From Planctomycetota bacterium (lineage in GTDB: Bacteria > Planctomycetota > Phycisphaerae > Phycisphaerales > UBA5793), in the NCBI GenBank assembly GCA_013112555.1, contig JABFGK010000001.1:1026581-1090580 (forward strand): a stretch of 64,000 bases of DNA, given 5' to 3'. A program made the position numbers and the translations under genes. The notes below the pieces were generated by a model. That model worked only from the letters and a program-made list of their open reading frames with translations. It was not told the origin of the DNA and searched no databases. Numbering within the stretch: the first letter of the stretch is position 1; every line of letters begins with the position of its first letter. This document shows positions 1 to 9,512 of this stretch, piece by piece.

Positions 1-2
1 TT

Positions 3-311
3 CGTATCGATACCGATTGCCCGAACGCAAAGGCAGCAACAATCACTTGGGATGCAACCACACCGGGCGGCCGAGTCGCACTCGTCTACTCTCCCTCACC
101 CGGCACACACACCGTCCCAAACGCATTCCCCTGTGCCGGCACGCGCATCGACCTCAATCCCAACGGCCTCCGCCTCGCGCTCACCGCCGACTCCGACCCG
201 AACGGTGCCGGCTCCATTCACGTCAACATCCCCAACCCAGCCTGCGGCGGCCAACTCCAACTGATCGACCTCACCAACTGCGCCATCAGCAACCTCGCCA
301 CCATCCGCTGA
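3..311 (+). CDS. 3' end of a CDS entering from upstream of the window; Cys-containing C-terminal domain of a probable secreted protein
   Basis: Frame 3 is open from nt 3 to TGA 309-311. It is absent from the ORF track because no start codon lies in the window. My translation ...CPNAKAATITWDATTPGGRVALVYSPSPG...TADSDPNGAGSIHVNIPNPACGGQLQLIDLTNCAISNLATIR* aligns with the C-terminus of the 16136-17893 protein. Confidence 0.5.
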   Translation, partial: RIDTDCPNAKAATITWDATTPGGRVALVYSPSPGTHTVPNAFPCAGTRIDLNPNGLRLALTADSDPNGAGSIHVNIPNPACGGQLQLIDLTNCAISNLATIR

Positions 312-319
312 CCCCCAAA

Positions 320-525
320 GCCCGTCATCCGCGCGCCCCGCGGATGGCGGGGTATCACATCACCATACCGCCTCGCAAAAACCACGCCCCCGAGCCAAGC
401 CCACGGATTCCAATCCGTGGGGTAACTCCTTCTTATAACCTCCTCTCCCCCGCACCACCCCGCTCCCCCCCAAAGCCCCGTCATCCGCGCCCCCGCGCCA
501 AGCCCACGGATTCCAATCCGTGGGG
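320..525 (+). repeat. Intergenic hairpin-repeat cluster (module C, linker, module E, truncated C, E)
   Basis: C = CCCGTCATCCGCG..CGCGGATGGCGGGG at 320-354. E = CCCACGGATT-CC-AATCCGTGGG at 399-424 and 503-525. The same C-linker-E composite recurs at 2331-2440 and repeatedly in 4540-5300. Confidence 0.85.
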
Positions 526-555
526 TCTCCCCTCACTCCATATCACCCCTCCCCC

Positions 556-1374
556 TCACGTCGTCCGAATACTTCGGCGTACCAGAACCTCTCCGCCGGC
601 AACCCAGCATGCCACCGCTGCCCCAACCAGCACCGCCACATCCTCCCAGGGCAAAGAACCCCGGCGCAGAATCTCAATCGGCATGAAATACTTCAAAACA
701 CTGACATACCCCACCGGCGCAAACGTCGGCCAGATCTGCGCCACAAAGTTAATAAGAAACGAAAACACGAGCACCACAAACACAAACGCGATCGCACGCC
801 CACGCCGGTCCGAAACCGCAGATGCCAGAAAGGCCAATCCACCAATCGCCAGCCCGTTGCAATATAACATCAACAAAATCTGCAACTGCTCCTCGAGTCC
901 CAGCCCACCACCCTCCGGCGGGACAGACAGGCCGGTCACAATGTGCCCGACACCGCCGAGAACGACAATCACAAACACGCCGATCAACCATACACACGTC
1001 TCGCTGAAATACACCGACCGACGCGAAACCGGCAAACCGAGCAGCACATCAATGGTCCCACGATCAATCTCGCCCACAGGATACCGGGTACACACCTGCA
1101 CGCCGTGAGCCCACACCAATGCCAAAACCATCGGGTGCCCGAGAAGCGCTGCCTGTAACAACCGGCCCGTCATCGCATCATCAGACCCGATCCCGAAAAA
1201 GGCTGCGAGAATCGTCCGCACAAACGGAATCTGATTCCACATCTCCTCAAACCCACCCTGAACCTGCGGCACGATGGCCGTCAAGCCGGCCATGATAAAC
1301 AGCATCCCAACTCCGTACAGCAACGTCGCAACCCACGTCTCACGAACCGACTTAATAACCAGGCCACGCATCAT
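556..1374 (-). CDS. ABC-2 type transporter permease
   Basis: 272-aa ORF with multiple hydrophobic spans (VATLLYGVGMLFIMAGLTAIV, IAFVFVVLVFSFLINFVAQIW). ATG at 1374 overlaps the TGA of the upstream ATPase gene (ATGA), so the pair looks translationally coupled. Confidence 0.75.
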   Translation of the reverse strand: MMRGLVIKSVRETWVATLLYGVGMLFIMAGLTAIVPQVQGGFEEMWNQIPFVRTILAAFFGIGSDDAMTGRLLQAALLGHPMVLALVWAHGVQVCTRYPVGEIDRGTIDVLLGLPVSRRSVYFSETCVWLIGVFVIVVLGGVGHIVTGLSVPPEGGGLGLEEQLQILLMLYCNGLAIGGLAFLASAVSDRRGRAIAFVFVVLVFSFLINFVAQIWPTFAPVGYVSVLKYFMPIEILRRGSLPWEDVAVLVGAAVACWVAGGEVLVRRSIRTT

Positions 1375-2294
1375 GATGCCACCCCTCCATGCCCAGCCGC
1401 CTCAGATTCACCACGGTAAAACGATCGGAAAACCGTCTCCAGATCAGGCGGGCCAACGGTGAAATCCACGATACCTGCCTGCCCCGAAACCCACCGTGCC
1501 AACTCGGCTGCAGGACCCGTCATCTCGCATGTCCAACGATGGTGCCCGTGCTCAATCACATTCAAGAATGACGGCACAGCATCGGCATCCAACGGGCCTT
1601 CACTCCCAAACAGCAGCACCACCTGCCGCCGGGCCCTGGCCTGTAACTCGGACAACGGCTCATCAGCCACAATCCGACCGGCCCGAATAATCGCAATCCG
1701 ATCACACAGATGCTCAACCTCACTTAACGTATGACTCGAAAAGAAAACCGTCGTCCCATGGTGCTCAGCACACTCACGAACAATCGCAGCCAACTCAATC
1801 TGCATCAACGGGTCCAGCCCCGAAGTCGGCTCATCCAAAACTAATAATCGCGGCCGGGCGGCCAGCGCCAAAAGTAACCCCAGTTTCTGCCGCATCCCCC
1901 GTGACATCTTCCGGACCGATACATCCGGGTCCAGTGTGAGCCGTTCACACAGCCGATTGCCTGCCGCCTGCATGTCCGTGCCTCGAATCGCCCCGAGCAC
2001 ACGCACCCCGTTTCGTGCCGTCATCCACGGGTACAGCCGCAGGTCACCCGGCACATAGCCGACATCACGCTTGATCACATGGCTCGCGCCCCAGCAGTCT
2101 CGATCAAACACGCATGCAGTCCCCCCCTGTGCCTTCAGAAAACCGAGCAGGATCCGAATCGTCGTCGTCTTGCCTGCACCGTTCGGCCCAAGAAACCCAA
2201 ACACGCACCCCGACTCCACACACAGATCAACACCCGCAACACCGACCCGCGTGCCATACGAATGATGCAACTTCTCTGCTCGAATCACGGCCAT
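1371..2294 (-). CDS. ABC transporter ATP-binding protein
   Basis: Walker A GPNGAGKTT, signature-like MSRGMRQKLGL, Walker B LLVLDEPTSGLD, H-loop SSHTL. The ORF track starts at 2330, but ATG 2294 (MAVIRAEKL) follows a GGAGTG RBS. Confidence 0.9.
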   Translation of the reverse strand: MAVIRAEKLHHSYGTRVGVAGVDLCVESGCVFGFLGPNGAGKTTTIRILLGFLKAQGGTACVFDRDCWGASHVIKRDVGYVPGDLRLYPWMTARNGVRVLGAIRGTDMQAAGNRLCERLTLDPDVSVRKMSRGMRQKLGLLLALAARPRLLVLDEPTSGLDPLMQIELAAIVRECAEHHGTTVFFSSHTLSEVEHLCDRIAIIRAGRIVADEPLSELQARARRQVVLLFGSEGPLDADAVPSFLNVIEHGHHRWTCEMTGPAAELARWVSGQAGIVDFTVGPPDLETVFRSFYRGESEAAGHGGVAS

Positions 2295-2330
2295 TGGTTC
2301 ACTCCAATACGCTCTCCCCCACACCCCCAA

Positions 2331-2527
2331 CGCCCCGTCATCCGCGCCCCTCGCACGGGGGGGGGCGGGGTATCACAACACCACACCGCCTCAAATCAAC
2401 CATCCCCCCGTGCAAGCCCACGGATTCCAATCCGTAGGGTAACTCCCTCATATCCCCTCCTCTCCCCCCGCACCCCTCTCTCCCCGAACGCCCCGTCATC
2501 CGCGCGCCCCGTGGATGGTGGGGTATC
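2331..2527 (+). repeat. Intergenic hairpin-repeat cluster (degenerate C, E variant, C variant)
   Basis: CCCCGTCATCCGCGCCCC... at 2331-2373; CCCACGGATTCCAATCCGTAGGG at 2417-2439; CCCCGTCATCCGCGCGCCCCGTGGATGGTGGGG at 2481-2527. Confidence 0.8.
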
Positions 2528-2653
2528 CTACGCCCTCCCCGTGCATCACTCCCCACACACCCACCCCCCTGGCCCGGTATCGCAACCGAAGCGCTCCTCA
2601 CCCGATATACTCCCTCCCATTTACACCCTCAACACAGGGATGGAGCTCGTCCC

Positions 2654-4516
2654 ATGCACCTCCGACACATAATCGTCACACTTACCCTGACGACACTCCT
2701 CACAACAGCCTGCACATCAGGTCAGCAACATCAACAGGTCAATCTCGAAATCACCGCCGATCCGCCGTTGCAATTCTCACTCGATTCACTCCCGGAGGCA
2801 TTCGATCGACTCCGTGCTTGGCGACAGCTGCGCGTTACCGCGCCGGCCATCATCACGCTCTTTCCCGGCCGCTACACACTCACCGATCCACTTGTCCTCA
2901 ATCCATCACTCATCGGCGATGGCCTGACCATCAGGAAGTACTACAACGCCGAACCTGACTCCGTCATCCTCACCGGCGGCAGACCAATCGAAAACCTCTC
3001 ACTCCATCACGCAACCGGCACCTGGCAAACCACTATCCCTGACGTTGCCAACGGAGACTGGTGGTTCGAAGAACTCTTTGCCGACCTCACACCACGTACC
3101 CGTGCCCGTCACCCCAATACCGGATATGCCCGCGTCGTCTCAGCCGGCCCCGACAACCGAACGTCCTTCACCTTCAATCCCGACGAAATCCCAGCAGCGC
3201 ACATCGACACCATCACCAACACCGAAGTCGTCTTCTTCCACGACTGGTCCACTTCACGAATGACCATTGCCGATATTAATACCGACACCAACACGATCAC
3301 ACTCGCCAACCCGATCGGCTGCAAAGCCCCGCACTATGCCATCACCAACTTCGAAAAACATCCGCGATTCTACATCGAAGGTAGCACAGCACTTGTCGAC
3401 ACACCCGGCGAATGGGAACTCGACCGCACCACCGGCCACTTTGTCTACAAACCGCTGCCCGGCGAGACATTCGATAACACCAACCTGATAGCCCCGGTCG
3501 CCCCCTCGCTTATTAACATCATCGGGATCCACGGCTCACCGGCAACCAATGTCACACTCGACGGCCTCACCTTTGCCCACTCCAACTGGCCGATTCCCTC
3601 CTATGGCTACGCCGAGGGGCAGGCAGCCTTCTACGAGCAACGCGATAAACAAGGAAGCGACGGCACCCGCGACCCCGTCCCCGCAGCCATCCACCTCGAA
3701 TGGGCCGACAACTGCACCATCTCCAACTGCACCGTCTCATCCGTCGGCGGGACCGGCATCTGGGTAGGACCGGGCTGTAACGACAACACCATCTCAGGTA
3801 CCACGGTCCGACACGCCGGCGCCAACGGCATCATGGTCGGCGAACCAATGGGCCGCCTCGTCAACGGCAAACACTGGTGGCAGGAAGCCCCACAACAGGC
3901 TGCCACAGGCAACACGGTCAAAAACTGCCTCGTCGAATCCTGTGGCCGACGCTTCTTCGGTGCCGTCGGCATCTGGGTCGGCCTGGCGCAACAGACCCAG
4001 GTAGCCAATTGCGAAGTCCGCGACTTGCCCTACACAGGCATCTCCGTCGGCTGGCGCTGGGACGAAACACCGACACCCTGCCAAGCAAACATCATCGAGT
4101 CAAACCACATCCACCACGTCATGCTAAGCCTCTCCGACGGCGGCGGAATCTACACACTCGGCAAACAACCCGGCACCGTCCTCCGAAACAACGCGATCCA
4201 CGACATCGTCCGCAACGCCGGCCGAGCACCCTCCAACGGCATCTTCTTCGATCAGGGCTCCACCGATCTACTGATCGAAGGCAACTTCTTCTGGAACATC
4301 GATACCACGCCGCTCCGCTGGCACTGGACATACCAGAACGTCGTCCGCAACAACACCTTCGTCATACCAGAGGGGCAGCAGTTCGCCTATTACAACCGTG
4401 CCAAGGGCCAGGACATTACCTACGAGGATAACGCAATCACTGCACCTGCAACCTGGGATCCAACCGACCCCGACAACCCCGCAGCCGCCATCATCCACCA
4501 CGCCGGCCCACAATAA
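2654..4516 (+). CDS. Secreted right-handed parallel beta-helix repeat protein (possible lipoprotein; glycan-active fold)
   Basis: 620-aa ORF with signal peptide MHLRHIIVTLTLTTLLTTAC (Cys20, imperfect lipobox). Successive beta-helix turns: NCTISNCTVSSVGGTGIWVG, NNTISGTTVRHAGANGIMVG, VKNCLVESCG..GAVGIWVG, VANCEVRDLPYTGISVG, IIESNHIHHVM..DGGGIYTLG, LRNNAIHDIV...NGIFFD. Confidence 0.8.
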   Translation: MHLRHIIVTLTLTTLLTTACTSGQQHQQVNLEITADPPLQFSLDSLPEAFDRLRAWRQLRVTAPAIITLFPGRYTLTDPLVLNPSLIGDGLTIRKYYNAEPDSVILTGGRPIENLSLHHATGTWQTTIPDVANGDWWFEELFADLTPRTRARHPNTGYARVVSAGPDNRTSFTFNPDEIPAAHIDTITNTEVVFFHDWSTSRMTIADINTDTNTITLANPIGCKAPHYAITNFEKHPRFYIEGSTALVDTPGEWELDRTTGHFVYKPLPGETFDNTNLIAPVAPSLINIIGIHGSPATNVTLDGLTFAHSNWPIPSYGYAEGQAAFYEQRDKQGSDGTRDPVPAAIHLEWADNCTISNCTVSSVGGTGIWVGPGCNDNTISGTTVRHAGANGIMVGEPMGRLVNGKHWWQEAPQQAATGNTVKNCLVESCGRRFFGAVGIWVGLAQQTQVANCEVRDLPYTGISVGWRWDETPTPCQANIIESNHIHHVMLSLSDGGGIYTLGKQPGTVLRNNAIHDIVRNAGRAPSNGIFFDQGSTDLLIEGNFFWNIDTTPLRWHWTYQNVVRNNTFVIPEGQQFAYYNRAKGQDITYEDNAITAPATWDPTDPDNPAAAIIHHAGPQ

Positions 4517-4539
4517 ATCAACCTCACCCCCTCCTCATT

Positions 4540-5300
4540 TCCGTCATTCCCGCGCACGCGGGAATCCATCTTCTCTCCCCCGTAAAGCCCCGTCATCCGC
4601 GCCCCGCGGATGGCGGGGTATATCACAACACAACACCACACCGCCTCGCAAAAACCACACCCCCGCGCAAGCCCACGGATTCCAATCCGTGGGGTATTAC
4701 CCTCTCCCCCTGCACACCATCCCTTTATCCGTCATTCCCGCGCACGCGGGAATCCATCTTCTCTCCCCCGTAAAGCCCCGTCATCCGCGCCCCGCGGATG
4801 GCGGGGTATCTCACAACACCACACCGCCTCGCAAAAACCACACCCCCGCGCAAGCCCACGGATTCCAATCCGTGGGGTATTACCCTCTCCCCCTGCACAC
4901 CATCCCTTTATCCGTCATTCCCGCGCACGCGGGAATCCATCTTCTCTCCCCCGTAAAGCCCCGTCATCCGCGCCCCGCGGATGGCGGGGTAAATCACAAC
5001 ACAACACCATACCGCCTCGCAAAAACCACACCCCCGCGCAAGCCCACGGATTCCAATCCGTGGGGTCTCTTCTTCCCCCTCACCTCATCACCCCGCACCC
5101 CGCTCCCCCGTAAGGCCCCGTCATCCGCGCCCCGCGGATGGCGGGGTATCTCACAACACCACACCGCCTCGCAAAAACCACACCCCCGCGCAAGCCCACG
5201 GATTCCAATCCGTGGTGTCTCTTCTTCCCCCTCACCTCATCACCCCGCACCCCGCTCCCCGTAAAGCCCCGTCATCCGCGCCCCCGCGGATGGCGGGGTA
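4540..5300 (+). repeat. Tandem array of composite hairpin repeats (three full ~183-188-bp units D-C-linker-E, then two shorter units lacking D)
   Basis: Unit starts TCCGTCATTCCCGCGCACGCGGGAATCC at 4540, 4728 and 4911 (periods 188 and 183). Each unit holds D (ATTCCC-N8-GGGAAT), C (14-bp stem), a conserved 45-nt linker CACAACACCACACCGCCTCGCAAAAACCACACCCCCGCGCAA, and E. Units from 5069 replace D with TCTCTTCTTCCCCCTCACCTCATCACCCCGCACCCCGCTCCCC. Confidence 0.9.
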
Positions 5301-6498
5301 AATCCCACCACCTCCCCTCAACCCCTCCCCCCCACCTCCAAAAATACTCCTCCCCATCAACCCGCTGCCGACACAGGCCTTACACACTCACGCGAAACAA
5401 TATCCAAACAAAAACCAAACACCCCTCTTGACAGCCGGCTGCCGGGCTGTACATTGATGAACAACCCAACGCATCAGCACATCCAACAATCAAAGGAAGG
5501 AAAGGAGACGCACGACCCGAACCGACAAAGCAAAAACAAAAACAACAACAACCACGTAAAAAAGCATACCAACCATCGTCAGCCCTGCTGACAATGGCAC
5601 GAAAGAACGGACGGCATGGCCCGGCGCTGTGGAGTGGCCGGGAACCAGTGTGCTGAGAAGTCCTCGCGAGCCAGTAAATGTGTATGTGTGTGCGTATGTC
5701 TATACGTTCGTCTGTATCCTGTGTACACCCGTACACATCCGTGGATACACCTGCATACCCATACACAAACGGCACGCGATCTCTTTCTCAGGCACAAACG
5801 CTCTTGCAACTGGCAATCATTGCAGGACGGTCCGGAGTGCGTGCCGTGGATCCCGGGTTGAGAGTGATGGTCAGGAAAGAGACGGTCTGGATCGATTGTG
5901 CACCGTCTGTGCCTGTTGCGGGAGCATCGGAGATGACCTTCCACTCCGTGCGGGTCGTACCCTCAGCAAGCACAGGAAATGTCGACCACCGGGCTGCATG
6001 CCAGGGTGCACCGCGCATGGAGCTGTTCTAATGTATGTGATGGTTGCAACGTCTGATTCACCGATCAATCAGGCACGGGCCGAACGGCAAACATCGTGCG
6101 GAACAAAACGCACCTGTGCGCGCACAGGACCCTGCCGCTCGTCACCCACCGCTGATCGAAACGTCGAATCAGGTACACACGCAATCAGCCACGTGCATGC
6201 CCGGAAGCGATCGACGGCGTGACGTCTGCATCCGACATCGCCTGACATACATCACATTTCCTTGTGAGTGTCCACACGCACCTCGACTGAAAAACACGTG
6301 TCATGTGCACATGCATGTGCCCGCAATCTGCCACGGGAGCGTTCAAAAAAGGGTTCCAGTCGGACAAGTGAATGGTGCCCAGTCACACCGTCTCCCAACC
6401 GGCTCGTACCATGCCACACCTTCCCAAACCCGGGTGGGCCTGCCCGTCCTTCTTCCGGTTGCTTCCCCCTGGTTGATGCTGCATGCAACCACACCCCC

Positions 6499-6585
6499 GC
6501 GCCAAGCCCACGGATTCCAATCCGTGGGGTCTCTTCTTCCCCCTCACCCCATCACCCCGCGCACCGCGGATGGCGGGGGCGGGGA
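6499..6585 (+). repeat. Hairpin repeats (E plus C-like) upstream of the metal ATPase
   Basis: CCCACGGATTCCAATCCGTGGGG at 6507-6529; CCCCGCGCACCGCGGATGGCGGGGG at 6555-6580. Confidence 0.75.
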
Positions 6586-6655
6586 AGGCAGGGGCCCCAC
6601 GCAGCAAACACCACAATCAGGTGACGACCGGAAAGGAGAAGCAGGGGAGGATCAC

Positions 6656-9030
6656 ATGACACGGCTACAATCGCGCATGGAGAAAACGGTCTCCCGCCAT
6701 GAGCAACAGACACAATCGGCATCGGCCGAACCGCTGTCCCTGCAGCCTGCGCCCTCCCCTCCACCCACATCACCCGATGCTGGCCAAGACGTCAATCCGG
6801 CTGCTGCCGAGTCCTGCCAACACAGATGCCTCGGGCGATGCCTCATCATCCCCATCGAGGGAATGCAGTCGCGCCGCTGCGAACGCATCATCAACCGAAT
6901 GCTCAAGACTCGACACAAAATCACCGGCTGGGCCTCCTATGCCGCCGGGGTCGTGCGCATCGAAAGCACCAACGTCATCCCTCCGCTGGCCGAACTGGCA
7001 GACACACTCGCAAAACGTGGCTACCGCCTCCTCTATCAGGATGCCTGGCCCTGCGGACACGATGACCCGACCCAACCAACCGCCCCGTGCCATGATCGTG
7101 TCGCCACAAAGCAGAAACCGGGCCTCATCAACCGACTCCTCCCGGCCTCGATCAGCGCCGCCGGCGCGCCCCTGGCCACCGTCCTCGTCGGCGGGCTGCT
7201 GCTGGCAATCGGCTTCGTCCTCCGCCTGACCGGCCAACCGATGTGGGCATGGATTCCCCCGCTGGCAATCGCAGCCGTACTCACCAGCCTGCAGACATTC
7301 CCCTCTGCCGTCCGATCACTCCTGAACGTCACCCTCGATGTTGATGTGCTGATGTTCGTCGCTGCAGCCGGTGCCACCTGGCTCGGCCATGCCGAGGAAG
7401 GCGTCTTCCTCCTGTTCCTCTTCGGACTCGGGACCGCCGGCGAGCACATGGCCCTCGGTCGCGCACGCCATGCCATCGAAGCACTGCGCGATGTCGCGCC
7501 CGAAAACGCTCGCCTCATCGATGACGACGGCAACGAGCGCATGATCCCGGCCGCAAACGTGCGCATCGACGATCAACTCCTCGTCCTCCCATTCGAACGC
7601 TTTCCCGCAGACGGTGCCGTCATCGCAGGCCGCTCCGCCGTCGACCAGGCAGCCATCACCGGCGAGTCCATCCCCGTCGAAAAGGATGTCGGCGACATCG
7701 TGTTTGCCGGCAGCATCAATGGTGATTCCCAGATCCTCTTCCGCGCCACCAGGCCGGCCGGTGATTCCACCCTCAGCCGACTCATTCGGCTCGTCGAAGT
7801 GGCTGAAACCGAAAAAAGCCCGGCCCAGCAACTCACCGATCGCGTCGAGCGCTGGTACGTTCCCACAGTACTGGCACTCACCATTGCCGTCATCGTCATC
7901 CCGCCGCTTGCCTGGAACGAATCCTGGAGTGAGTGGTTCTATCGCGCGATGGCATTCCTCACCGCTGCCTCCCCCTGTGCCATTGCCATCGGCGGGCCTG
8001 CCGCCGTCTTGTGTGGCATCGCACGCTCGGCACGGATCGGCGTGTTAATAAAGGGTGGGGGCCCGCTCGAAACACTCGGTCGCGTCCGGGCCGTCTGCTT
8101 TGATAAAACCGGCACCCTCACAGCCGGCAAGCCGCGCGTCACGAATATCGTCCCACTTACCGAAACCGTGACCCCCGACCAGGCTCTCGCATGGGCAGCC
8201 TCGATCGAAGCAGAAACCACCCACCCGCTGGCCGCAGCCATCGTCACAGCTGCCCGGGATCGGAATCTAACAATCCCCGATGCCCGTGACGTCAGGCAAA
8301 TTACCGGCATGGGTGCCGAGGGGTATATTAACGATGATGAGATAACCGTCGGGCGCCTCACCGAGCAACTGAGCGCACGCATGACAGATGCACAGGCACA
8401 GGAGATTGCCGACATTGCAGCCCAGGGGCGCACCATCGTCTGCCTGACACGGAACGGGGAGCCGCTGGCCGTGTTCGGCATTGCCGATGAACCGCGCCCC
8501 GAAGCAAAAGAAACGGTGGCCGAACTTCGACGCCAGGGGATGACCCACGTGTCGATGCTCACCGGCGACCGTCAGGCCGTTGCCGAAGCGATCGCTGCCC
8601 GGCTCGGGATCGATCGGGTCTATGCCGACCTCATGCCCGAAGACAAACTGCGCGCCATCGAGGAACTGAGTAACGAACATGAGACGGCCATGGTCGGCGA
8701 CGGCGTCAATGACGCACCCGCACTGGCCCGTGCTGATGTCGGGATCGCAGTGGGGGAGCCGGCGCCGACGTCGCCATGGAGACTGCCGATGTCGTTCTAA
8801 TGGGGCAGACGATCGAGCGCCTGCCTGATGCAATCGCCATCTCCCGCCTGACACGAAGTATTACATTCCAGAACCTCGTGATTGCGCTGGGCGTAATCGC
8901 CGTCGTGGCCCCGATGGCCGTCACCGGCCACGCCTCACTCGGCATCGCCGTCCTGCTGCACGAAGGCTCGACCGTCGTCGTCGTCCTTAATGCCCTGCGC
9001 ATCCTTCGCTGGGGCCGAAAACGCAAGTAG
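6656..9030 (+). pseudogene. P1B-type heavy-metal translocating ATPase (SPC/HEGST signature, P1B-4-like), reading frame broken once near the 3' end
   Basis: Degenerate HMA-like N-domain (CLIIPIEGMQSRRCERIINRM), TGES (AITGESIPVEK), SPC (LTAASPCAIAIG), DKTGT (CFDKTGTLT), GDGVNDAP. The frame breaks after ...ADVGIAVG at the G5 run 8752-8756. Adding one G gives ...GIAVGGAGADVAMETADVVLM..., which continues in ORF 8776..9030 (…LLHEGSTVVVVLNALR). Start taken at ATG 6656 behind GAAAGGAG; the 6044 start in the ORF track reads through repeat DNA. Confidence 0.85.
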
Positions 9031-9076
9031 GGCCACATGGTCGAAGGACGTATGATCAAACGTTACCTCCTGCAAG

Positions 9077-9465
9077 CCGGACAAGCCGCGTCCCGCGGAT
9101 TGTCCGGGTCTCCCCACTCCCGTAGCCCCCGGCTCTGCCGGGGGGATGATGCGCAAGCATCATGCCATGCCTCACCTCCCACAAGCAGGGCAAGACATGC
9201 CCCGCGGATGGCGGGGTCTCCTTTACCTTCACCCCCTCCTTTTCTCCGTCATTCCCGCGCACGCGGGAATCCAGCCTCTCTCCTCCCTCGCCCGCCAGCG
9301 CACGAACGTAGCCGGCGGCTTCAGCCGCCGGAACAGGCACACGCCGCGAGCGCACGCACCGCCCGGAGGGCGGACGAAGTGAAACACAGAACATGTACCC
9401 ACAACGGGGCACATGCAATGTGCCCCTACCCTCCGTCAATCCCGCGCTCGCGGGAATCCAGCCGG
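9077..9465 (+). repeat. Dense mosaic of hairpin repeats (modules A, P, B, C, D, F, G, H, D-variant)
   Basis: A CCGGACAA..TTGTCCGG 9077-9108; P CCCCGGC-TCT-GCCGGGG; B ATGATGC-GCAA-GCATCAT; C-half ~9200-9217; D 9246-9275; F CCGGCGGC-TTCA-GCCGCCGG; G CCGCCC-GGA-GGGCGG; H GGGGCACAT-GCA-ATGTGCCCC; D-variant CAATCCCGCGCTCGCGGGAATCC ~9437-9460. Confidence 0.85.
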
Positions 9466-9512
9466 GTAGGTCAGGAGGAGGTCATCCGAGTCCTGACATC
9501 AGTGGCTGACGG

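Noticed and set aside
17-1108. Long ORFs rich in Pro/Arg/His/Thr in the ORF track. Examples: 17..1108, 2079..2672, 4398..5264, 20187..21140(-), 22566..23210(-), 26148..27038(-), 29173..30249(-), 32318..33886(-), 53426..54535(-), 57241..58686(-), 62938..63987(-).
   Set aside because: They lie antisense to or out of frame with genes that have clear conserved motifs, or they run through repeat DNA. Their composition reflects the C-rich strand of GC-rich DNA. They have no motifs and no plausible starts.
4540-5300. Possible CRISPR array (regularly spaced palindromic repeats after a gene)
   Set aside because: The sequences between the palindromes are themselves repeated from unit to unit, so there are no unique spacers. 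Several different palindromes alternate, and no cas genes are nearby. It is a tandem composite repeat, not CRISPR.
5788-6018. 76-aa minus-strand ORF with beta-sandwich-like sequence
   Set aside because: There is no signal peptide, no RBS and a stop codon immediately upstream. It cannot be called a gene. It is mentioned in the finding on 5300-6655 as a possible remnant.
6044-6655. N-terminal 204 residues of the 918-aa ATPase ORF
   Set aside because: This stretch reads through hairpin repeats (6499-6585) and low-complexity sequence. A good RBS and ATG at 6656 precede the HMA-like domain.
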